From contig NW_003314283.1 in NCBI RefSeq assembly GCF_000143415.4, forward strand, positions 1,850,330-1,914,329: a DNA stretch of 64,000 nucleotides, written 5' to 3'. Below, piece after piece: positions 1 to 10,622 of the stretch. Within the stretch, counting starts at the first letter, position 1; the number at the start of each line of letters is the position of its first letter. This stretch comes from Selaginella moellendorffii. Lineage: Eukaryota; Plantae; Lycopodiophyta. The notes beneath the pieces were generated by a model that was given only the letters and a program-made list of their open reading frames with translations, was not told the origin of the DNA and searched no databases. A program made the position numbers and the translations under genes.

Positions 1-397
1 GTTGGAGTCCGAAGTGGAGTCCGAGATGGACTCGAGTTGGAGTCCGAAGTGGAGTCCGAGATGGACCCGAGTTGGAGTCCGAAGTGGAGTCCGAGATGGA
101 CCCGAGTTGGAGTCCGAAATGGAGTCCGAGATGGACCCGAGATGGAGTCCGAGATGGAGTCCGAGATGGACCCGAGATGGAGTCCGAGATGGAGTCCGAG
201 ATGGAGTCCGAGGTGGACCCGAGATGGACCCGAAATGGAGTCCGAGATGGAGCCCGAGATGGACCCGAAATGGAGTCCGAGATGGAGTCCGAGATGGACC
301 CGAGATGGAGTCCGAGATGGAGTCCGAGATGGACCCGAAATGGAGTCCGAGATGGACCCGAGATGGAGTCCGAGATGGACCCGAGATGGAGTCCGAA
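1..397. repeat. Tandem array of ~12-bp GAGATGGA(GT/CC)CC units in the internal region of an LTR element (runs off the window start)
   Basis: Repeated gagatggagtcc/gagatggacccg/gagttggagtccgaa units; the same array recurs at 1482-2135 and 28977-29460. Confidence 0.95.
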
Positions 398-1013
398 AGG
401 ATACCTCAAAAATGGAGGTAGCGATCCGATGTTGCTGGGTGCAACAATCAAGGATAGGAGCAAAGGACTAGTGGCCAAGTTAGGGCCATGGAATTTACTG
501 GAAGGGATCCAAATGGCAAAGTTAGCCAAGGAACACTAATGTGTTCGGTGCTAACAGCTTGTGGGAAAGGAAGTGGACTTCCAAGGATGGATTCCTAAGT
601 GCTCCAATTTGGCGAAGTAAAAGCTCCAAGTGAGGGAGCGGTAAGGTAGCCAAATGATAGGGCCATGGACAGCCCTAACACAAAGTATGATAATTGGAAC
701 TTAGTGCCTAAGGTGGCACGAAATAGAAGAGAGGATGATGGTGCCCTCAAGTAATGAACTTCCTAGGATGGGGAAGTGGAGTTGCATAATCTGTGCAATG
801 CAAGGTGTTGGAGACACCTAGGAAATTGACTTCCAAAAGTCAAAAGAGTAAAAGTTCCAAGGTGCAAACGTTCAATAGATGGAAATTGAGACTACTTGAG
901 AAGGAGTAGTGGGATTGACTTAGAGAAGGGTCTCTAAGAAGTTTAGCGAGAACCACTACATGTGGTCCAATCAGTCTCTAAGTTGGGGAGACTACCCTCC
1001 TTAGGGGATAGGC

Positions 1014-1140
1014 AAGGCATGGTGAGCATTTGGTGTCAAACCATTGAGGAAAATGCAAAAGGCATGGTGAGCCTTCAATGTCAAACCATTGACAAGTATG
1101 GAGAAGGCATGGTGAGCCTTCAATGTCAAACCATTGACAA
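1014..1140. repeat. ~45-bp tandem repeat, 3 copies
   Basis: aaggcatggtgagc(a/c)tt...tgtcaaaccattga three times. Confidence 0.9.
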
Positions 1141-1248
1141 ATATTGGCTAGGTGCCAAGGATGGAAATGGTAACACATGCGGGTGTTACTTTATAAAGTG
1201 GTTTACTGTTCGATGAGGACATCGAACTTCGTCTATGGGTGGTGGAGT

Positions 1249-1992
1249 TGTGAGACACAAAATCCCTAGGCCCCAAAGTGGAGCCGGAAAGGGTGCCACG
1301 TGGTAGTGGCTGAAGCGAGAGCCAAACGAGCGTAACACGTTTGGACCAAAAGCTCCGACTTGAAAAGTCAAGAGCGGGAGTGGAACTCCCAACGAAGTGC
1401 TCGAGGAACGAGCACGAAGCAAGCAAAAAGCGAGGCTCCAAAAAGGGACCCAAAAGGACCAACACATGACACATGGAAGTGTCCGAGATGGACTCGAGTT
1501 GGAGTCCGAAGTGGAGTCCGAGATGGACTCGAGTTGGAGTCCGAAGTGGAGTCCGAGATGGACCCGAGTTGGAGTCCGAAGTGGAGTCCGAGATGGACCC
1601 GAGTTGGAGTCCGAAATGGAGTCCGAGATGGACCCGAGATGGAGTCCGAGATGGAGTCCGAGATGGAGTCCGAGGTGGACCCGAGATGGACCCGAAATGG
1701 AGTCTGAGATGGACCCGAAATGGAGTCCGAGATGGAGTCCGAGATGGACCTGAGATGGAGTCCGAGATGGAGTCCGAGATGGACCCGAAATGGAGTCCGA
1801 GATGGACCCGAGATGGACCCGAGATGGAGTCCGAGATGGACCCGAGATGGAGTTCGAGATGGACCCGAGATGGAGTCCGAGATGGACCCGAGATGGAGTC
1901 CAAGATGGACCCGAGATGGAGTCTGAGATGGAGTCCGAGATGGAGTCCGAGATGGAGTCCGAGATGGAGTCCGAAGTCGAGACCGAGACCGG

Positions 1993-2030
<38 letters not shown>

Positions 2031-3138
2031 TCGGGACCGAGACCGAGACCGAGGCCGAGGCCGAGACCGAGCCCGAGCCCGAGTCCGAGTCCGAGTTCGA
2101 GTCCGAGTCCGAGTCCGAGTCCGAGTCCGAGTCCGGAGCCTGAGAGGGTGAAAGCCCAAAGCGTTCGTCTCCCAGACCCTGGGGGGTTTGGTGAGCTCCA
2201 AAAGTATAGTAGGGGGAGGACTGCAGTGGAGCCAGTTTGGCCAGGAAAGGCCAGTTTGGCCCAGGAAGGCCGGACCCAGTGTTGGGTGATGAGCTGCCCA
2301 CTGGGAAGTCCAAGACTAGAGTGAACACAGACCGACAAGCGGGGTAGCTTGGTGAAGTGTTCAAGAGCCGGCTCTAGTTCCCCCGGGAGATCGACTGGCC
2401 GATGCTCCCAGTCCAAGTGTGGGTGGCACTACCTACTTGGATACCTGTCGTGGCTCAACGGAACCCGCTCTAAGCCCATGGCTAGAGCACCCAAGGACAG
2501 AAGGCGAGGAGAGTACCCAGGTGGCTCGCGTAAGGCCACGGTGTTCCGAAATGTTGTCCCAAAGGCCCAGACTGTGGAAAGGAAGAGGAGCAGTCCTCTG
2601 GGGTAGTGACCAAGGACACAGTCGTGTGGTGAGGAAGTCCCAGAGGGCCGTGGGACTTAGTGGTCGGGCCTGTGGGTCTCGATCCAGTGGCAGTGTTGGC
2701 AAACACGGCCAGGGGCAGGAAGGGACTTAGTGGGGACTGACAGAGGGATATTGGGGAAGGCTATTCCCCTTGTCGGTGGGCATCCTAAGGATGCTAAGGA
2801 GTGGATCTGAGATCACCACTCACGGATGGTTTGCCTAGTCTTGGAGAGCCAAGACGGTGATGCAAGTGGTATTGGACTACCAGTGTGGCAAAGGTGATTG
2901 GGCATGGCCTTAGCGTAACGGGCTGCTATGTCGGTGGTACCTTTGAGTGTCGGTCATGGGATCGGACACGTGGAGCACTTGGACCAAGTGCAAATGTTGA
3001 GTGGCATGGATGCCATTCTCGGGGCTAGCAAGTCCCAAGTCCTGGATTGGACTTATGGAGGTTGTGAATGAGACTCCTCCAAGTGGTCAGAGGAGTGGTT
3101 AAGTGACTAAAGTAGAATGGAAAATTTAGTCGTTTACA
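1249..3138 (+). repeat. Long terminal repeat (~1.9 kb) containing 12-bp and 6-bp tandem arrays
   Basis: TGTGAGACAC...GTCGTTTACA termini; colinear with 28774-30403. Confidence 0.9.
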
Positions 3139-3449
3139 CTATGATAATGACGTTATTGAAGTTCAACAACTAAACACAAGAGTCCAGACTCAGGAAACCA
3201 TTTAGGAGATGCCAAATCCAAATACTGTTGAACCAGAGGAAATTGTACAGGAAATTCCAGCATAAGAAATTCCATTACCTGCTCCTCACAACCCTCGAAG
3301 GGGCCGTTGTGAAGCCTTTCATGAGAGTAAGGACTTTGATTTAGAACATTCTTTTATTCATTCTTGACTTCACTTTTTTTTTAATAGATGTTGTAGAGAG
3401 CAGCTATCAATCTTCTTGGCGGACTAAGACATTCTTCCCATCCCTCCCT

Positions 3450-3728
3450 ATGGCTACAGATGATGACCTGGAAGAGCTCTCCTTTGCAGCTATGCATAAA
3501 CAAGTTAGTAAGCATGAATTTTATCTCCAACTTTTAGTTCTAGTAATTGATTTTCCGATTCGCCCTCTATCCCCAACGGCCAATGTTAGGGAAGTTGCTA
3601 TTCTCATTGGGGATTACATGCAGCTTTTAGATGCTACTAGTCAAGAGCTTTACATGCTTGATCGGTGGATCCATGGTCTGGGTCAACTCACACCTTATGG
3701 GAAGATCGGTTTCATCTTTTTCGATCTT
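3450..3728 (+). pseudogene. N-terminal half of a beta-class N4C/N6A DNA methyltransferase-like gene, split by the transposon insertion
   Basis: VAILIGDYMQLL (resembles ..GD.l..L) and KIGFIFFDL; the reconstructed empty site reads FIFFDLPDRMPPP, at the position of motif IV (vDli.tDPPY). Confidence 0.7.
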
Positions 3729-3755
3729 AAGCTCTATTTCGTTAAAGTGGGATTT
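3729..3755 (+). repeat. Left TIR of the Sola-like element
   Basis: aagctctatttcgttaaagtgggattt. Confidence 0.93.
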
Positions 3756-4388
3756 ATTCAGTAAAATGGGACTAGGTACAAATTTTCAAGTATTTGAAAA
3801 TGACGTGAAATTATATGTTTTCTATCCAAGGGCTAGACATATCTGGGGCATGGTGACTAGCGCGGTGACTTTGTGTCCAGACTGAGTCCATCTGGTTGTA
3901 TAATAAATCTCATTGTCAAGGTGAACAAGCCGAATCTAAAGCTAAAGAAGAGCGATGGCATGCGCGCACACACTATTTGTTTGTTCATTGAGCGTGTGGT
4001 GAGCTTTCCAAGATGAATGTCATTCCTATTAGCTAGACATATAACTTAATGGTGAGAACATTTAGATATTATTCAATGTTATCTTTTTCTAACGAATCAA
4101 ATTGTGAAGGTGTAGCAAGAGGCATTGCTAGTCTGGAGAAGTCATTTAACTCATTTGACCTTTAGTGTATTTTCATAAAACTAAATAACATTCATATTAT
4201 TAAGGAATTTCTCTAGTACCTTTTTTTTACGACATAGAGGCTTGCATTTCTTTCAAAGGTGATTTAGTAAAAGGCCTGAGGGCACATGCCATTCTATTTC
4301 TCAGACCGGTATTAAAATATACTAGTGCAAAGGGAAAAAGGTATTTGGTGATCAAGTAAATGGCATGAGGGCACACGCCATTATAAGC

Positions 4389-4661
4389 CTAAGCGCTAGT
4401 GGACACCTCCTTTTTGGTACTCTCAGCGGTACTATCATCCTTCTCCGGGTCAGTTGTTTTGCTTTGGATTGTTGTCTCTGACGTTACTGGGGCGTTCTCG
4501 ATAGTTGTTAATATTGCCGTTTGTTCAAAAAAATAATCACCTGGAGTATAGTACGGGGAGTTTGGAAGACTTATATATTCTACATCTTCACCTATCTCCT
4601 TCTCCGTTTCCTTTTCTGCCTCACTTACAGATTTTGTGCTTGCCTTGAGAACGCTCTTCAC
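4389..4661 (-). CDS. Small unknown cargo ORF/exon (SLPxSxYYTPG motif)
   Basis: Protein-level similarity to ORF 25928-26272: SLPNSPYYTPGDYFF vs SLPQSLYYTPGTYYLF; NAPVTSETTIQS vs NAFVTSETIVQS. Confidence 0.55.
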   Translation of the reverse strand: MKSVLKASTKSVSEAEKETEKEIGEDVEYISLPNSPYYTPGDYFFEQTAILTTIENAPVTSETTIQSKTTDPEKDDSTAESTKKEVSTSA

Positions 4662-5359
4662 CCTAAAATATGGAGTTCATTGTGTTATAAAAGGAAACCA
4701 ACACACACGCTGCAAGGGAATGATGGTACATAAAGCACGTAAGCCCACAATATGGGTTTATGTGCCATTAATATGGGCCACACGCCATATTATTAGATTT
4801 ATGCACGTGTGATTGGTAAATGCATATGTCACATCATCTTTGTTTTACCTCACACATTATATCAGGCCTAATGAACCATATCACATATGCGCACATGCTA
4901 TATATATGGAGAAGTATTATGCAAGGATAGAAAAATTCAATGCATGATTGTGGAGAGCAATGGCATGAAGCCACATGCTAAATAACATTTTAGAGAAAGA
5001 ATTAAAATAAAAACATGCAAACAGTACTGAGTGGACCAAGACTTAGAAGTGCACAATTGAATGAGGTATTTCTAATAAATATTTCACTCACCTCATATAG
5101 GAATGGCTACCACTCTCAAATGGCGTATTGCCTCATGCTATCACCTCGCAATTTGTTATAACAATCTGATGAATTCATATTCGGCTTGTTCACCTTGAAC
5201 TTTAAGTAAGATTTGCTAGAACAACTAAGAATTTATACTTGTTATTTGTATCATCTCACCTAGGAATGGCGTAAGGCCACATGCCATCACACCTCCTCTG
5301 ATTCAGATTCGGATTGTTCACCTTGAAATAAAATACATTAGAAACTTAGTAAAGGAATA

Positions 5360-8185
5360 TTAATGAATCTCACCTTGAACCCGGGTTATGAATGCTCTTG
5401 CTGCATCTCTTGCATGGTCTGGCAAGGTGATGGTGGCACTCTGCTTCCGCATCCAACCATGCACAACATTATCCACCGATATGCTCATGTTGGGATCCCT
5501 TGGATTCAGCACCCATCTCTTTTCTAGGCAATCCTTCGTATATCCGGAACTTGGCTTGAACCACTCCACAGTTACATTGAAGGAGTTAGTTTCCACATCC
5601 TCCTCTGCATCAGTGATGCAGCGCCCCACCCATATCATTTGTTTTTTATTACTAGGTCTGACAAGCACGACCATTCCTTTGCAGACCTGTACTGGATTGA
5701 ATGCTGAATCCGGCTTCTTGTTCCTCGGCCCACAATAGTGATCCTCAACATCGTTATCTGTCACTGCATTTCCAGAGGACATTGTTCCGCTACTATCTGG
5801 TGCTCTGGGTTCTGGCCAAAAGGACTCTTCCAATTCTTCATATACAACCGGCCCATTTTGGATAGCAGATATAATCTTCTCCCAGTATTTGAGCAAAGGC
5901 TTGCACCTCTGAAAATAGGATTCTCCACCAAACACCAACCCCCTCTTCCAGAAGGCAATATGCTGTCTAATCCTGGCCACTATACTTTCCTGGTCTTTGA
6001 GTCCATCCGGGTGCATCGGCCGTGGGGAACCCTGAGGAATCATAGGTTCCCCAGTTATGGGATCTCTCTTGAAGAGTTCAATGTCGTCCACTGGCAGCCA
6101 CACTGTATCCCATTCTCTCATCTTGTACCTCATCACTGGAGCACTGTCACGCATGCTGAAATGAAACTGAAGAGGCTTGGAGTGGCCAATCAGCGTTTCG
6201 GATCCGTCCCTGATGTAGCCTCTTACAAACCCCTTAAAGTCTTGAACCTCTGTCAGAAGTGCAGCTTCAATAGTGCCTTTGATGCAATTTTGGAATTCAT
6301 CGTAGAGTTGTGGGAGGGTGAGGACATTGGATCGCCGGAGGGACTCTGCCAGGTGACTGAACATGGCATCGACGTCTTCATGAGTGTGCCGAACCATGAG
6401 AAAGCCAAGTGTAACCGTTTCAAATATGCATTTGGCAACAAGCATCGCCAAGTACGCGAAGACGTACATGTTTTTGTTCTCACTGCCAGCATTGTCTGTT
6501 TGGAGCAGAAGATGGGGTGGAAGGCCACATCGGCCGCAAGAACTTCCTTGAGATTCTGCTTCGTTTGGATGAGGCTGTGCATTCACCGGGCGACCAGCCT
6601 CGTCGGAATGGCATGAGGCCTCACGTGATAACCCTACAATCTGACGGCCAACATATTCACTGGGATGGCATGGGGCCTCACGCGATACTGCAAGCCTTTG
6701 CTCCTCCTCCAGCTGAACCCTGTATGGGGTTTGATCGACAAGGGCCTTATGCAAGGGTTGGCCGTTCAGCTCAGTCTGCGCACTTTGCAGAGACCTTAAG
6801 TATTTTGCTAGGGACGCAATCATCATGTTTGCACCCCCGCCACCCCATAGAGGTACAAAGAAGTTCCCATAGTTCTGGGCACCATGCCCATGAGCGATTA
6901 TGCCAAACAGAGACACAGGCAGCTGCATGGATGAAGAGATTGCCTTGGGGGCAGGATTGAGTCGAGGTAAGCACGTCTTTTTCTGGTCTATTTTGTCGTG
7001 GATGATGCAGAGGTAAGAGTCAGGTCTCTCCATGGAGAGAATCCTGTTATGATAATATGCAGTCCTGCAGCTTCTTTGCTCGATGTTGTGGTCGAGCCGC
7101 CTTCTAACCAACGTCTCTCGCTCTTGAGCGATGCAAGAATTCTTCGACAAAGCCATTTTGATAGCAGTGCACTCGTCACACTTTGAAAAGCTGGAGTACT
7201 TTCCTATACTCACATTCCTGAACCTGTTGCTCCACAATCTACTAAATCTAGATTGGCTCAGCTTCCTGTAGCCATTACTCTGGAGTTCCCGATTCACATC
7301 TTCCAATATGGCCCTCTTGGTATACATGGAAGGGAGAACTCGTTGGGTGTCTCGTGTTCCATCTTCCAAGAGGCGGGTTTTATGTGGTTGCTGCTTGCTA
7401 CATGTCTAGACAAACCTCTTGAAGATTGCCTCTCCATATACAACATGACCCCTGGTTTTGTGAGTACCGTCGTTTCCATGGACTGCCTGTTGAACCCTTT
7501 GTTCCTCGAACTCAGTTTTGATTCTGTAGAATGTGGTTCGAGGGACTCCATAAATGATTCTCCATGCCTTCATGCAGACCAAACCCTTCTGGAAGACCAT
7601 GCCCCCCACCTGATGTTCTGAAGCATCAACAGATGACCGTAATGCCTCATACACAAAATTGCAAGCTGCCTTCCAGGACAATGTCTTGTATCTTGCTCTC
7701 TCCTCTTCAATAGCATCCCAATTAGCATGTTGACAGCACCTCCTCTTGCAACAAGCAACTGTCGAGACCATTCAAACCTCTATCGCCATTTTCTGCCTTT
7801 TCGGTTCGTTGCTCAGATCCCTTTGGCTGCGCTTTAGGAAGGTGTACTTTCTTTTCCCATGAAGAGATGTTCTGTCATTAGTTGTAGTGGTGTTTGATTG
7901 TGAATCCTTCACATTCTCAAACACTAAGTGCCTCAATTTCCACCGCACAATGCTTCCAATAGTCAGACTATTTTCTTCTGTGTCAACAACCTCTAAAATC
8001 GCAACTCCAATATCATCCCAGCCCAATTCTTGATTAGCAACCACATCTCTTGGATCGACAACTGTGGCTAAGCCCTCAGCTACCACCTCCCCCTCGTGGT
8101 TGTTTAGAAACACCTTTGCCTGAATCCATATAGCACGGTTCTTAAGATCCACGGAGGGAAGATGTGTCGCACTTGCAGAGGCCAT
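5360..8185 (-). pseudogene. Sola1-like DDD transposase (~940 codons, two in-frame premature stops) with an N-terminal Tnp1/En/Spm-like beta domain
   Basis: ORFs 7772-8185, 7406-7771 and 5360-7369 share one frame; motifs SKCDEC, IIHDKIDQKKT, LQTDNAGSENKN, GFLMVRHTHEDVDAMFS; N-terminal VVAEG..VDP..V..LG; splice acceptor just upstream of 8185. Confidence 0.85.
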
Positions 8186-8373
8186 TCTGAAAGTGCAGAA
8201 AAGAAGTTAAGACCATACAAAAAATGATTGGAGAATGGCCTAAATCATAACATACCAAACAACCTCAATAGCATGAGGCCACATGCCATTATTCAAACAT
8301 GCTATTGACACCCACATGAAATTTTGCATTCACAAAATTGGCATGAGCCCTCATGCCATTAGTGGTACCACTA

Positions 8374-8565
8374 ATGGCATGAGGCCTCACGCTATCTTTG
8401 GCCCCTACTAGCCTATTGCTATATTCCTTTCGCCTTGCTGCAACTGTATATATTTTTGTGTGCGTGATTAGTCACCCATACAAAAATATATACAGTTGCA
8501 GCAAGGCAAAAGGAATATGGCAATAGGCTAGCAGGGGCCAAAGATGGCATGAGGCCTCATGCCAT
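8374..8565. repeat. ~190-bp foldback (inverted repeat) whose arms end in the 22-bp palindrome
   Basis: atctttggcccctactagcctattgctatattcc...tttttgt pairs with acaaaaatatatacagttgcagcaagg...ggggccaaagat; centre gtgattagtcac. Confidence 0.93.
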
Positions 8566-10622
8566 CTTGATATACACACAGCTGCAGGCAAGTAAAAACA
8601 TACATGACAATACGCTAGCCATGAAATTGCAAGGGCCCAAGATGGCATGTGGCCTCATGCCATTTCTAAATGTGGTCCTAAGCCATTCCATGGTGAACAT
8701 ACCAGGAAGCACAAGTGCCGAATATCAAGAGGAAGCGGTAGCCACACCAAAGACAGTGCCGCTCGCAACACCGCAACTGCTCGTAGCGCCGCTCGCAAAA
8801 ATTGCCACTCGCATATACTGCCGCTTGCAATGGCGCTCGCAATGCCGCAACCGCTCGTAGACGCATAAACCACAGCTCACAACGCTGCTTACACAAGCAG
8901 CGCTCACTGCGCTCAGCGGAACCAAGAACACAGCGCACAAAAATGATAGACCTAGGAATGAGTTCGAGAATTCAAAAATAACACACGCTTGAACGTCACA
9001 TCAAATCCTCTGACAAACCAGATCTTATAATTCCTCTGACAAATTTCAAACTGAGTAGCTTCTAGACTTTGCTGTCGGAGGTTGAACTTTGTCACATCAT
9101 GTCCTTGCCTCGATCCAGCTGTGCATGTCAGTGATTCGAACTTTGCCATGCCATGTCAGCGATCCGTGCCAAGATTATTCGCCGTGTAAAGGAATAATTA
9201 TGTTGTGTGTGTACGTCCATTTATGGCAATATAAGGCCACACGCCATTCAAAGAATAATGCTAGTCGAGCATTTTTTGGTGCATTTTTGGGTTCAAAATT
9301 GCATGAGCCCACACGCTACAAAGTTTACCTGTACCAAAAATAGAAACAGCTTTATTTACTTGGGAATTTAAGTGGTTGAGGCATAAACCATAAACCATAA
9401 ACCATAGGACCATAAACACATTTCAATAGAGAGGGTCCTTTTATTTCATACCTCGTTACGTAGATCTTGGTGAAACCAGAGTTAGTGAAGTTGGTTTCTT
9501 GTGATCCCGCATGTGATTGTGATGTCCCTTTGCAGTGTCGATGGAAAGGTCAATGCACACCAAACTGTAGAATTTTGGAGCAAAATAACGGTCGGATCTA
9601 TGGCAAATGCCCCTGAAACATTGTAAGGCTCGTGTGGTCTCATGTGGTGTCCGATCGAGATGCTTCTTTGCAGGGTTATCAAGAAGGACATTATATACCA
9701 TTCTTTATTTAGCTGAACATCTGGCATTTTTGGAAATACAAGATGCTTTGGAATATCCAATCATGCATGGTATAAATATAGCGAGGGTATTAAATGATAT
9801 CCCAATCATGATCTTTCTTTTGGATTTCGTGTGCATGCAGTCCGAGGAATGATGACGTTGCGGATTTCTTTTGGATTTCACGTGCATGCATGCGCGCGGC
9901 GATCTAGAAATTAATGGTGGCGCCCAAGTCTGAGGAATGATGACGTTGCGGGATTACCAACCGTCGTGACATTTCGTGCGTGTGAGGTTAGGTTTTGCAT
10001 TTTGCTTCGTACTCGCGCTCGCACACTCGCGCGTGTGAGGTTAGGTTTTGCATCGTACTCGCGCTCCCACTCGCGATCACGCTCACATTCGCGCTCATCT
10101 ACCTTCTCTACAGGTTTCTCGTGTGCATCGGCGTCCACTCGCGCTTGCATCACACTCGCGCTCGCATCGCGCTCCTGTGCATCGGCGTCCACTTCAAGAC
10201 ACACCCAGTTTGTAACTTCGCCGCCAACTCCGCCGCCCACTCTGCCACCCACACGCAGCCCACTTGGCATCCCGGGAGATTTCAGCGCCACTCTCCAACT
10301 ATAAGTGGCAGAGTAGCCTTGCTGCTACGATCCGCTGCACACACAGTGCACATTTGCTAGCGAGTCCGGCCTCGATTGTCACGGCCTCCATTCGGCTTCA
10401 AATGGTAAATCTTTTAGGCCAAGTAGAAAATGGCATGAGGCCACATGCCATTCAGTAGCAACATTGGCATGCACCGATTGGGCTCTCGAGTGCAGTCCGG
10501 TTACAGATGGCGTGTAGCCTCACGCCATCTTAGGATGCAGCCTCAAGACATCTGATGCAGTGGTGAATGGCGTGTGGCCTCACGTTATTTCCAGCTACTA
10601 GCTTTTCATTTGTCAGCTCTAA

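Larger units (their letters stand above)
1..3138 (+). mobile_element. 3' part of an LTR retrotransposon: non-coding internal region, PPT-like tract and 3' LTR
   Basis: G-rich tract (tgggtggtggagt) just before TG at 1249; LTR matches the TSD-flanked solo copy at 28774-30403; no pol ORF in 398-1248. Confidence 0.75.

Noticed and set aside
1-2135. Tandem array as a CRISPR array
   Set aside because: No unique spacers, no cas genes, eukaryotic context
2-2416. Many overlapping ORFs (MESEMDP/WSPRW/LGLGLG) on both strands, also at 28691-29682
   Set aside because: Artefacts of the stop-poor 12-bp/6-bp tandem array inside an LTR
5360-8185. CACTA/EnSpm assignment because of the Tnp1-like N-terminal domain
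   Set aside because: Termini are AAGCT, not CACTA; TSD is 4 bp, not 3; catalytic motifs are Sola1-like
9383-9418. (CATAAAC)n as a telomere remnant
   Set aside because: Variant 7-mer, about 5 units, inside the transposon's promoter region, not at a breakpoint
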